Positions 9,166-18,063 of a DNA stretch of 64,000 nt are shown in pieces. The notes beneath the pieces are model-generated. The model saw only the letters and a program-made list of their open reading frames with translations, was not told the origin of the DNA and ran no database searches. Position numbers and translations under genes: made by a program. The number at the start of each line of letters is the position of its first letter. Position 1 is the stretch's first letter. The stretch spans positions 77,930-141,929 of the forward strand of contig JBGTEJ010000055.1 of the NCBI GenBank assembly GCA_041747855.1, written 5' to 3'. Source of the DNA: Acidimicrobiia bacterium. Lineage in GTDB: Bacteria > Actinomycetota > Acidimicrobiia > Spongiisociales > ZC4RG35.

Positions 9166-10440
9166 CTAAGCACCGGGGCGGCCAAGACCCCAGTAGTCGA
9201 GACCTGCAGCCCGAACCATCGAGGGGTCGAGGATGTTCCTAGAGTCGACGACCCTGAAACCCTTCATGACCGCGGCCACCTCTTTCATATCGACTTCGGT
9301 GAACTCCGGCCATTCGGTGGCCACGAGGAGCACATCGGCGCCCCGGGCCGCTTCAATAGGAGAGGATGCCATGGTCACGCTGTCCGACACCGCCCTGGGG
9401 TCATAGGCGGCCACTTCGGCCCCCTCGTCTTGGATCAACTTGGCGATCCGGAGAGCCGGGGACTCACGGATGTCGTCGGTCCCAGCCTTGAAGGCGACAC
9501 CCCAGATTCCGACCCTCCGACCCATCAGCCCGCCCCCGGCAGCCTGTCGAACCTTGTCGGTCAGCCGCTGACGTTGCTCATCGTCGGCCTTGATGACAGC
9601 TCGGAGGAGCCCAAAGTCGTATCCGGCATCCTCCGCAACAGTTATCAAAGCGATCGTGTCCTTAGGGAAGCATGAACCGCCGTATCCAGGACCGGGCTGC
9701 AAGAAGTGGGGGCCGATCCGATGGTCCATTCCCATGCCGGCGATCACATCGACTACGTCGGCTCCAACCGCTTCGCAAAGATTGGCGAGGGTGTTGACAA
9801 AAGTGAGCCGTGCCGCCAAATAGGAGTTTGAGGCGTACTTGATCATCTCGGCGGATGTCGGGTCGGTCATCACCACTTTCGTCTCGAGAGACGAATAGAG
9901 CCCTGCGACTTTCTCGGCATCGGAGGGATCGAAGGCGCCGACGACGATGCGGTCCGGCTTGAGGAAGTCGGCCACCGCCTTGCCTTCCCTGAGGAACTCG
10001 GGGTGGGACACGATCGTGGCTTGACTCCCCCGATCAGCGAGACGCTTGCGCAGACCGGCAACGGTGCCGGGGGGAACTGTCGATTTGACGACAAAGACGG
10101 TCCCATCGGGAACAACCGTCGCCAGTTCATCGATGACACCGTCGACATAACGGAGATCGGCACGGCCCCCCACGCCTTCGGGTGTGGGCAGACAGAGGAA
10201 CACTTGACTCACACCGGCGACGGCATCGATGTTCGACTCGTGGACCGTGAGCATTCCGTCGGCGATCACCTTGCTGAGGAGCTCGGGCAGTCCTTCCTCG
10301 AAGATCGGAATCTCCCCGGCACGCAGGGCGGCCACGCGGTTCGGGTCAACCTCACCAAGTCTGACACGGTGGCCGAGACGGGCGAGACCGGCTCCCGTGA
10401 CAATTCCGACATACCCTGCGCCAATTACCGCTATTTCCAT
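9166..10440 (-). CDS. ugd: UDP-glucose/GDP-mannose dehydrogenase family protein
   Basis: IGAGYVG, FLCLPTP, KSTVPPGT, PEFLREGKAV, AEMIKYASN, GYGGSCFPKD, FKAGTDDIRESP. Confidence 0.95.
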   Translation of the reverse strand: MEIAVIGAGYVGIVTGAGLARLGHRVRLGEVDPNRVAALRAGEIPIFEEGLPELLSKVIADGMLTVHESNIDAVAGVSQVFLCLPTPEGVGGRADLRYVDGVIDELATVVPDGTVFVVKSTVPPGTVAGLRKRLADRGSQATIVSHPEFLREGKAVADFLKPDRIVVGAFDPSDAEKVAGLYSSLETKVVMTDPTSAEMIKYASNSYLAARLTFVNTLANLCEAVGADVVDVIAGMGMDHRIGPHFLQPGPGYGGSCFPKDTIALITVAEDAGYDFGLLRAVIKADDEQRQRLTDKVRQAAGGGLMGRRVGIWGVAFKAGTDDIRESPALRIAKLIQDEGAEVAAYDPRAVSDSVTMASSPIEAARGADVLLVATEWPEFTEVDMKEVAAVMKGFRVVDSRNILDPSMVRAAGLDYWGLGRPGA

Positions 10441-10499
10441 TGAATTCCCCGCGAGTCTATCTGCAGTTTCTAGCGGGCGTTGCACCCGTCAGCTGCGTC

Positions 10500-11600
10500 T
10501 CAGCGGCTATCGGTAGACCAGGCGAGGACTTGACCGAAACCAGAGAACCCGAAGCTCACCGGACCACTCGGATTGAATAGCTCGATCCTGGTTGCCTGAC
10601 TGCGCAACTCCCGGCCGGACCGGAATCTCGAGAGCATCTCGTCCGCTTCGGGTTGACGCTGGACCAGGACCTCACGTCCTCCGATGTTCCTTGCAGAGAC
10701 CGGGAGTGTCGAACCCGCCATGTCCCCGGTGAGCACGCCGCGGAAATCCCAAGCCATTGAAGCCACCGAAGCACCGGCGAGACGGGAGTCGACCGTCATG
10801 TACTTGGCGAGCGCACCGGTGATCGACCCGGCGTCGGCCAAAGAAGAGGGTGACTTGAGCTTGGCGAACATTGCTCGCATTACCGTCTGTTGACGTGTGG
10901 TCCGACCCAGATCGTTCGCATCCACAAAGGTCCATCGGCCGTCCTGGTACTCCTCGTAATGGCGCGATCTGGCGTAGGCGAGAGCGGTTTCACCGTCGAC
11001 TGTTTGGCGACCCGCGGGCACGTCGAGGCCCGACTTTTCGTCCCGGGCCGGATATGGGAGGTCGAGTTGAACTCCACCGAGTTCATCGATCAACCCCTGG
11101 AAGCCCACAAAGTCGATCTCGATGTAGTGGTTGACTTCGATGTCAAGGTTCTCCCTGACGGTCTCGACCAGTTTCCTACTACCGCCGATCGCATAGGCGG
11201 CATTGATCCGGTTGGCCGAACTTCCCGGTATGTCGACCCAAAGGTCTCTGGGTACGGAGAGCATCTGGATAATGGAGCTTTCCCCCCCAACACGGACCAA
11301 CATGATCACATCGGCCCTGGCCCCACCAAAGTTGCCGAAGTTCTCGAGATCATCAAGACCGTCTCGTGTGTCCGAACCTACCAGGAGGAACGTGAGCTCG
11401 TTCCCGCTCCGCTCGTCGAGGACCTCGGTGACGTCACGGTCGGTTGCTGCCACGGCGAGGAAGTCCTGCCCGGTGCGAACAGCCCACAGGACTGCGAGCG
11501 CGGTCAGATTGGCCAGGACAAGCACGGTGACGACCGTGATCTTGAACCAGCGCGGCATTCGGCGAGGAGTAGGGGAGGTTTGGGGGGGCACAGAAGCCAT
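10500..11600 (-). CDS. LCP (LytR-CpsA-Psr) family glycopolymer transferase
   Basis: Single N-terminal TM, LLVGSDTR, RADVIML, SVPRDLWV, RINAAY, ALAYARSRH, DLGRTTRQQ. Confidence 0.93.
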   Translation of the reverse strand: MASVPPQTSPTPRRMPRWFKITVVTVLVLANLTALAVLWAVRTGQDFLAVAATDRDVTEVLDERSGNELTFLLVGSDTRDGLDDLENFGNFGGARADVIMLVRVGGESSIIQMLSVPRDLWVDIPGSSANRINAAYAIGGSRKLVETVRENLDIEVNHYIEIDFVGFQGLIDELGGVQLDLPYPARDEKSGLDVPAGRQTVDGETALAYARSRHYEEYQDGRWTFVDANDLGRTTRQQTVMRAMFAKLKSPSSLADAGSITGALAKYMTVDSRLAGASVASMAWDFRGVLTGDMAGSTLPVSARNIGGREVLVQRQPEADEMLSRFRSGRELRSQATRIELFNPSGPVSFGFSGFGQVLAWSTDSR

Positions 11601-11721
11601 TTATGTCTTGACGTTGGACGCTCCTATCTTACCCAGGGTTCCAATATTTCAATCGGCAGTCGCGGTCCCACCGGCGGTGACACTATCCTCCCCGTGTTCA
11701 TCACTCCGAAGGAGAAACCTG

Positions 11722-12459
11722 TTGGCTGTGTTGGCCCACGAAGGCACCTTCCCGATCATGTTCGGCGCCATACCACTCCCGGTTGGGGCGGGGCATCGCA
11801 CCGGATATCTTGCTCGCCCGGACGAATCGGGACGATTCCCGGTCGTTGTCGTCCTACCCGATCTAGGTGGTCTCGACAGCTTCGAGAAAGACCTGTGCCG
11901 ACGGCTGGCAAGGGCGGGAGTGGTCGCCATCGCGGTCGACCTCTATCGGAGCGACGACGATCCCCTGATCGCGTATAACAGTCTGACCGACACCCGAGCG
12001 CTCACTGATCTCGACGAGGTCCACGACTTCATCGTCTCCGATGACATCACCTGGAATGCCGGGAATCGGGTCGGTCTGCTCGGTATCGACGTGGGGGGCC
12101 GATTCGCATTGCTCAAGGCGGCGACAACCTCATGGGTGGGGTCGGCAGCCGTCGCCTACACACCGCTGACCGGGGATGAAGACCGGGAACGTCAGGTCGC
12201 TGAGATCCTCTCGAATCTGCCGGTGCCGATCCTGGGGCTCTACGGAGCTTCTGACGAACTCATCGACTCTGCGAGTGTCGATGAGGCCCAACGACGCAAC
12301 GAACACGGTCAATGGCTGCTTTACGAGGACGCCGGTCACGGGTTCATCGACCCGACCAGCCCCACTTACGATGAGGGTCCTGCCGAGGATGCAGTTGCGA
12401 GACTCATCGCCTTCTTCAAGACGACCCTGCCCCCAGCTGAGATCGAAGAACTCGGGTGA
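11722..12459 (+). CDS. dienelactone hydrolase family alpha/beta hydrolase
   Basis: GYLARP, PVVVVLPDLGG, PILGLYGASD, YEDAGHGF; AAGGAG RBS 7 nt before TTG 11722. Confidence 0.85.
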   Translation: MAVLAHEGTFPIMFGAIPLPVGAGHRTGYLARPDESGRFPVVVVLPDLGGLDSFEKDLCRRLARAGVVAIAVDLYRSDDDPLIAYNSLTDTRALTDLDEVHDFIVSDDITWNAGNRVGLLGIDVGGRFALLKAATTSWVGSAAVAYTPLTGDEDRERQVAEILSNLPVPILGLYGASDELIDSASVDEAQRRNEHGQWLLYEDAGHGFIDPTSPTYDEGPAEDAVARLIAFFKTTLPPAEIEELG

Positions 12460-12474
12460 GCTCAGCCACCCGAC

Positions 12475-13125
12475 CTATCTGACATGTCTCACCGCACCCG
12501 ATGGAATGACACGCGTCCCTTCCGGGGTCTCCACTACGAGGGCGCCGCTCCGGTCCAGACCGATGACCTGGCCCCGACCCGACGGCTCCCAGGTGATTTC
12601 ACGCCCGAGAGTCGCACAACTCGCGATGTACTCATCCCTCGGCCAACCAGTGTCGTCGATGAGACGCATCATCTCGGCGCCCCACAACGCCCCCAATTCG
12701 ATATGCAGATCAGTACCAGGATCATCCGTGAAGAGACTCCCGTAGCCATCAGGCGGTCCCGGCCACCAGAGGTTGATCCCGATCCCGATCAAAACCAAGT
12801 GGCTGGAACGTTCGACCAGGATTCCCCCGACCTTGGACTCGCCTTGCATCAGGTCATTGGGCCACTTGAGCTGGATGTTGTCGATCACCCGGCATGCGGC
12901 CACACCGGCCATTAGCGAAAACGGGCGATCGTCCTCGCCCACACCCGCGGCCAGAGAGACGGCCAGTGCCCGAGGCGCGGTCTCCCAAGTCGCACCCGAA
13001 CGTCCTCGACCTGCAGACTGCTCGGCGGCGATCACGAGCAAGGGGAGTCTTTCGAACTCGGCCCGCGCCACATCCTGGGTAGAGGGCACCCGCTCCAACC
13101 TGATCTGTATATAGGGTGTAGCCAT
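12475..13125 (-). CDS. birA: biotin--[acetyl-CoA-carboxylase] ligase (no HTH domain)
   Basis: STQ, QSAGRGRSG, LKWPNDL, KVGGILVE, GIGIN; divergent from the carboxylase genes. Confidence 0.93.
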   Translation of the reverse strand: MATPYIQIRLERVPSTQDVARAEFERLPLLVIAAEQSAGRGRSGATWETAPRALAVSLAAGVGEDDRPFSLMAGVAACRVIDNIQLKWPNDLMQGESKVGGILVERSSHLVLIGIGINLWWPGPPDGYGSLFTDDPGTDLHIELGALWGAEMMRLIDDTGWPRDEYIASCATLGREITWEPSGRGQVIGLDRSGALVVETPEGTRVIPSGAVRHVR

Positions 13126-13169
13126 ATCGGCTCCCGGTGAGTCTGACAGGCGGAGGATACGGAGGAGTC

Positions 13170-14720
13170 TTGGGTACCGAGGCGCGCATTGAGCAACTGA
13201 GAGAACTCCGGGAACAGGCCCTCAACTCGGGGAACCAGCGCGCCGTCGCCCGGCAGCACGAGGCTGGCAAACTGACCGCAAGGGAGAGGATCGATGCCCT
13301 TCTCGACCATGACTCGTTTCAGGAGATCGACCAGTTCGTACGACACCAGACGACCGGGTTCGGTATGGAGGAGAGAAAGCCCCTTGGCGACGCCGTGGTC
13401 ACCGGCTATGGGACCATCGAAGGTCGTCCTGTGTTCGTGTTTGCGGAGGACTTCACCGTTTTTGGTGGGAGTCTGGGGAAAGTTGTCGCCGACAAGATAT
13501 GCAAGATTCTCGATCTTGCCTTGGAGACCGGGACTCCCGTCATCGGCTTGAAAGACTCAGGCGGTGCACGTATCCAGGAGGGTGTAGCCGCTCTGGACGG
13601 GTACGGACGCATCTTCGAACGCAACGTCCGGGCCTCAGGGGTGATACCCCAGATCTCGGTGATCATGGGGCCTTGCGCGGGAGGGGCGGTCTACTCCCCC
13701 GCTCTCACCGACTTCGTCTTCCAGGTTGACCAGACCTCACATATGTTCATCACAGGGCCTGACGTGATCAAGGCTGTGACAGGGGAAGACGTGACGATGG
13801 AAGATCTCGGGGGTGCGATGACCCACGCAACCAAGTCAGGTGTTACCCACTTCGTTTACCCGAACGGGCCTGACACCCTTGAAGCGGTCAGGTACCTCAT
13901 GTCGTTCCTACCCAAGAACAACATGGAGATGCCCCCGTACTTTGCACCGGCCGACCGTCCGGACCGGATCGACAACTCTCTCGACGGGCTCATCCCCGAC
14001 TCAGCCAGCCAACCGTACGACATGAAGAAGGTCGTGGAGACAGTCCTGGACGATGGCGAGTTCTTCGAGATCAACGAGCGGTGGGCCGGGAACCTGGTCA
14101 TCGGTCTGGGCCGTCTCGACGGGCATACGGTTGGAATCGTCGCCAATCAACCGGCCGTCCTGGCGGGGACACTCGACATCGAGGCTTCGGAAAAGGGCGC
14201 TCGATTCGTCAGGTTCTGTGATGCCTTCAACATCCCTCTGCTCACCTTCGTCGACGTGCCGGGATTTCTTCCCGGGGTCGACCAGGAACAAGGTGGGATC
14301 ATCCGCCACGGGGCCAAGCTCCTATACGCCTACTGCGAGGCAACAGTCCCACGTCTCACTGTCATCACCCGGAAGGCCTACGGAGGGGCTTACCTGGTGA
14401 TGAATTCGCGAGGCATCCGAGCCGACATGGTCTTTGCCTGGCCCTCGGCTGAGATTGCGGTCATGGGAGCCCAGGGCGCGGTCAACATCATCCAGCGTCG
14501 GGACATCGAGGCCGCCGAGGAACCCGAATCGAAGCGGGCCGAGCTGATCGCGGACTATGAGACCAAATTCAACAACCCATACATTGCTGCCGAATTGGGT
14601 CTCGTCGACGAGGTTATCGAGCCGAGAGAAACCCGGGTCAAGCTGGTGCGAGCGCTGGACATCCTGCGTACCAAACGAGAGGTCATGCCCCCGAAGAAGC
14701 ATGGGAATGGCCCGCAATGA
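13170..14720 (+). CDS. pccB: acyl-CoA carboxylase carboxyltransferase (beta) subunit, PccB/AccD5-like
   Basis: GKLTARERI, DFTVFGGSLG, DSGGARIQEG, GPCAGGAVYSPALTD, DVPGFLPG, KAYGGAY, KKHGN; GGAGGA RBS before TTG 13170. Confidence 0.95.
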   Translation: MGTEARIEQLRELREQALNSGNQRAVARQHEAGKLTARERIDALLDHDSFQEIDQFVRHQTTGFGMEERKPLGDAVVTGYGTIEGRPVFVFAEDFTVFGGSLGKVVADKICKILDLALETGTPVIGLKDSGGARIQEGVAALDGYGRIFERNVRASGVIPQISVIMGPCAGGAVYSPALTDFVFQVDQTSHMFITGPDVIKAVTGEDVTMEDLGGAMTHATKSGVTHFVYPNGPDTLEAVRYLMSFLPKNNMEMPPYFAPADRPDRIDNSLDGLIPDSASQPYDMKKVVETVLDDGEFFEINERWAGNLVIGLGRLDGHTVGIVANQPAVLAGTLDIEASEKGARFVRFCDAFNIPLLTFVDVPGFLPGVDQEQGGIIRHGAKLLYAYCEATVPRLTVITRKAYGGAYLVMNSRGIRADMVFAWPSAEIAVMGAQGAVNIIQRRDIEAAEEPESKRAELIADYETKFNNPYIAAELGLVDEVIEPRETRVKLVRALDILRTKREVMPPKKHGNGPQ

Positions 14721-14779
14721 CGTCTGCTTCGCTCGCTGCCGGCCCTTGCTGCTCCCCCCGTCTCGCAGTTAGGTCATGA
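14717..14779 (+). CDS. candidate bridge sORF (20 aa, MTSASLAAGPCCSPRLAVRS)
   Basis: ATG overlaps pccB stop (ATGA); its TGA overlaps the ATG of the alpha subunit (ATGA). Confidence 0.45.
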   Translation: MTSASLAAGPCCSPRLAVRS

Positions 14780-16506
14780 AGAGCCTTCTGATCGCGAACC
14801 GGGGTGAGATTGCGGTGAGGGTCATCCGCACCGCCCGCGAGATGGGCTTGAGGACCATTGCCATCTACTCCGAGCTAGACCGCGACGCCCGACATGTTTC
14901 TCTCGCGGATGAAGCCTGGAATGTCGGTCCAGCACCAGCTGCCGAGAGCTATCTGAACCAACGACGCATCCTGGAGATCGCAAAGGAGTCGAGAGCCGAC
15001 GCGATCCACCCGGGCTACGGATTCCTTTCCGAGAATCCAACTTTTGCAAAGGCTGTTGCCGATGCCGGGATCATCTGGGTGGGGCCACCTGCCTCGGCGA
15101 TCGAGGCTATGGGAGACAAGATCACATCGAGAAGGAACGCAGAGCTCTACGGCGTCCCAACCGTTCCTGGGATCACCGACCCGGTCACCAGTGTCGCTGA
15201 GGTCGCAGAACTCGCCGAGAGGTTCGGGTACCCCATCGCCATTAAGGCCGCCCACGGAGGTGGAGGCAAAGGGCTGCGTGTGGTCACCCAAGATTCGGAA
15301 CTGCAGGAGGCCTTCGAAGGTGCTCGCCGGGAGGCCGACGCCTACTTCGGGAACCCGGCCGTCTATGTCGAGCGATATCTCGAGAGACCCCGGCATGTCG
15401 AGGCCCAGATCCTCTTCGACTCTCATGGCAACGGCATCTTTCTCGGTGAACGTGACTGCTCGGTCCAGAGAAGACATCAGAAGCTGATCGAGGAAACACC
15501 ATCCCCGGGACTCACCGTCAAGCAGCGTCGGGCCCTGAGCAAGGCCTCGCTGGCCGCGGGCAGGTCATGTGGATATGTCAATGCCGGTACCGTCGAGTTT
15601 CTGCTCGACCGGTCAGGTGACATCTTCTTCCTGGAGATGAACACCAGACTCCAGGTCGAACACACCGTCACCGAGATGGTGACCGGTCTCGACTTGGTCG
15701 AATGGCAGATCCGCATCGCGTCCGGGGAAGCTCTCGACATGACCGAAGTGACACCCAAAGGACATGCGATCGAGTTCAGGATCAACGCCGAAGACCCTCA
15801 CAACAGTTACTTGCCCACACCGGGGCAGGTGATCGAATGGGTCGAACCCGCAGGACCCGGGGTGAGGGTCGACTCCTGGATCACCCCGGGAACAGTGGTG
15901 TCCCAGTACTACGACAATCTGATGGCGAAGCTAGTGGTGTGGGGTGCGACCCGGGAAGCGGCAATCGCCCGGGGTCGGAGAGCTCTCGAAGAGTTCCAGG
16001 TGACGGGTGTCGAAACCACAATCCCAGCACACCTGGCGGTGCTCGATCATCCCGACTTCATAAACGGTGACCACCACACCAAGTGGATCGAGGAGGCGGT
16101 TCTGCTGGTACGCACCGTTCCACCGGCACCACCAGGTCTCGCGGAAGGCGAAGAGACCACCAAGAGGGACATCACGGTGGAGGTGAGTGGACGCCGCTTC
16201 CAGGTGTCGTACTGGGCCCCTGAGCCGGTATCAGCCGGGATCCCGCGTCGGCGCGCCCCCAAACTGGCGGCTCCGGGACCCAAAGGGAGCACTGATGGCG
16301 TGATCACCTCCCCGATGCAGGGGACCATCGTCAAGGTGCATGTTCGCGCCGGTCAACCGGTGAAGGCGGGAGAGCCGATATGTGTGCTCGAGGCCATGAA
16401 GATGGAGAACGAGGTGACCGCTCCGATTGGAGGGGACGTGGTCGACCTGAGAGTGGAACCGGGTGACACTGTCACCGCGGGGCAGGTCATCGCCATCATC
16501 AGGTGA
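14776..16506 (+). CDS. accA: acyl-CoA carboxylase alpha subunit (biotin carboxylase + biotin carrier)
   Basis: LIANRGEIAVR, IHPGYGFLSEN, HGGGGKG, RDCSVQRRHQK, EMNTRLQVEH, EAMKME biotinylation motif. Confidence 0.96.
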   Translation: MKSLLIANRGEIAVRVIRTAREMGLRTIAIYSELDRDARHVSLADEAWNVGPAPAAESYLNQRRILEIAKESRADAIHPGYGFLSENPTFAKAVADAGIIWVGPPASAIEAMGDKITSRRNAELYGVPTVPGITDPVTSVAEVAELAERFGYPIAIKAAHGGGGKGLRVVTQDSELQEAFEGARREADAYFGNPAVYVERYLERPRHVEAQILFDSHGNGIFLGERDCSVQRRHQKLIEETPSPGLTVKQRRALSKASLAAGRSCGYVNAGTVEFLLDRSGDIFFLEMNTRLQVEHTVTEMVTGLDLVEWQIRIASGEALDMTEVTPKGHAIEFRINAEDPHNSYLPTPGQVIEWVEPAGPGVRVDSWITPGTVVSQYYDNLMAKLVVWGATREAAIARGRRALEEFQVTGVETTIPAHLAVLDHPDFINGDHHTKWIEEAVLLVRTVPPAPPGLAEGEETTKRDITVEVSGRRFQVSYWAPEPVSAGIPRRRAPKLAAPGPKGSTDGVITSPMQGTIVKVHVRAGQPVKAGEPICVLEAMKMENEVTAPIGGDVVDLRVEPGDTVTAGQVIAIIR

Positions 16507-16524
16507 AACCTTGGTAGCCGAGAA

Positions 16525-17886
16525 TCACTCGGCCGCCTCGGTGATGGCCTCGGTCATCGAAGGATGGACCATCAGGGTTTCGAGGAGTGTCTGTGCCGTG
16601 ACCCGGGCTTGTACTCCCAGCGCTATCACACCGATCAGTTCCGAGGCACGATGCCCGACGATGGTCCCACCCAGGACGACACCCGTGGCCGGGTCGGTGG
16701 TCACCTTCACAAAGCCACGCTCGAAGTGCTGGAGGACCGACCTGGCATTAGAAGCGAAGGGGACCTTGGTGGTCCGCACCTTCCGTCCGAGAGCGGCCGC
16801 ATCGACATCGACGAGACCGACAGAAGCTATCTCGGGTTCGGTGAAAATGGCCTCGGCGACCTTGGTGTAATCGATCGGCTGTACCGGGAGATTCAGAGCA
16901 TGGCGTGCAATCTTGCGTCCCTGCATCGACGCCACTGAACTCAGGAACATCTGCCCGGTGACGTCGCCAGCCGCATAGATGTTGGAAACTGAGGTTCGTT
17001 GAAACTCATCGACCGTGATGTAACCGCCAGCATCAACGGCTACTCCCGCCTCCTCGAGACCAAGGTCAGCCGAGAGTGGGTAGGACCCAACGGCCAAGAG
17101 GGCGTGTGAGCCGCTGATCCGTCGTCCGTCATCACAGATCACTACGACCCCATCTGATCCCACTTCAATCCCTTCGGCCCTGGCACCGATGACCAGACGC
17201 ACCCCACGTTCGAGGAAGTCGGCTTCGAGAACGGCTGCCACTTCAGCATCACGGTGGGGAAGTATCTGCTGGCGGGACACCACCAGGCTGACTTTGGACC
17301 CCATGCTCTCGAAGACGTGGGTGAACTCGACCCCGGTCACCCCAGAGCCGATGATCACGAGGTGCTCGGGAACCTCTTCCATGTGATAACAGTCCCTGGT
17401 GGTGAGGACCCGTAGGCCGTCGACCGGGGCCCAGTCTGGTCTTCTCGGGGAGGAGCCGGTCGAAATCATGGCCTTATCGAATCGGACGCGCCGCTCACCC
17501 GACTCGGTGTCGACGACGACTTCTTCGGGACTCAGGAAGCGGGCCGTCCCATTCGCGATATCGACGTTCTGGGAGCGGAGCAGTTCGACCCAATTCTCGG
17601 TGATGTCGGCGGTGATCTCCCTTATCCTGCTGGAGAGGACCTTTGAGTCGACAACACCTGGATCGTTGACCAAGCCAAGTTTGACCGCATTCCGCACCGA
17701 CGTATGACGCAAAGCACTTGCGGCCATCGTCTTGGAGGGAATGCAGTCCCAGAGGTGGGCCGCCCCGCCAACGATGTCCTTTTCGACCACTGTGACTCTG
17801 GCCCCCTTCGAGGCGGCAACGGTCGCCGCTTGCGCACCCGCAGGACCGGCACCGATGATCAGAAGCTGGGCGTGGGTGTTGCTCAT
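16525..17886 (-). CDS. lpdA: NAD(P)H-quinone dehydrogenase (actinobacterial LpdA-type flavoprotein)
   Basis: IGAGPAG, GGAAHLWDCIPSKT (single Cys, LpdA-type), IGSGVTGVEF, IYAAGD, IFTEPEIASVG. Confidence 0.85.
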   Translation of the reverse strand: MSNTHAQLLIIGAGPAGAQAATVAASKGARVTVVEKDIVGGAAHLWDCIPSKTMAASALRHTSVRNAVKLGLVNDPGVVDSKVLSSRIREITADITENWVELLRSQNVDIANGTARFLSPEEVVVDTESGERRVRFDKAMISTGSSPRRPDWAPVDGLRVLTTRDCYHMEEVPEHLVIIGSGVTGVEFTHVFESMGSKVSLVVSRQQILPHRDAEVAAVLEADFLERGVRLVIGARAEGIEVGSDGVVVICDDGRRISGSHALLAVGSYPLSADLGLEEAGVAVDAGGYITVDEFQRTSVSNIYAAGDVTGQMFLSSVASMQGRKIARHALNLPVQPIDYTKVAEAIFTEPEIASVGLVDVDAAALGRKVRTTKVPFASNARSVLQHFERGFVKVTTDPATGVVLGGTIVGHRASELIGVIALGVQARVTAQTLLETLMVHPSMTEAITEAAE

Positions 17887-18063
17887 CCGAGGCCAGAACG
17901 GTACCCGGAAACTTGACCCCCACCGGTACACCCAGGCTCTAGTCACCCCACGAACACCAAGGTGAGTCCGAGGGTTTCTGTCGACCGCAGGTATCCTGAG
18001 GTCAGCGGTGGTCTCCTATCGGGAACTCGCCCCTATCCCCGAAACGTCAGATACACGTCATAC

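Noticed and set aside
10890-11978. 362-aa plus-strand ORF and the N-terminal extension of 11203-12459
   Set aside because: Antisense to the LCP gene; long antisense frames are expected at high GC; the RBS supports a start at 11722.
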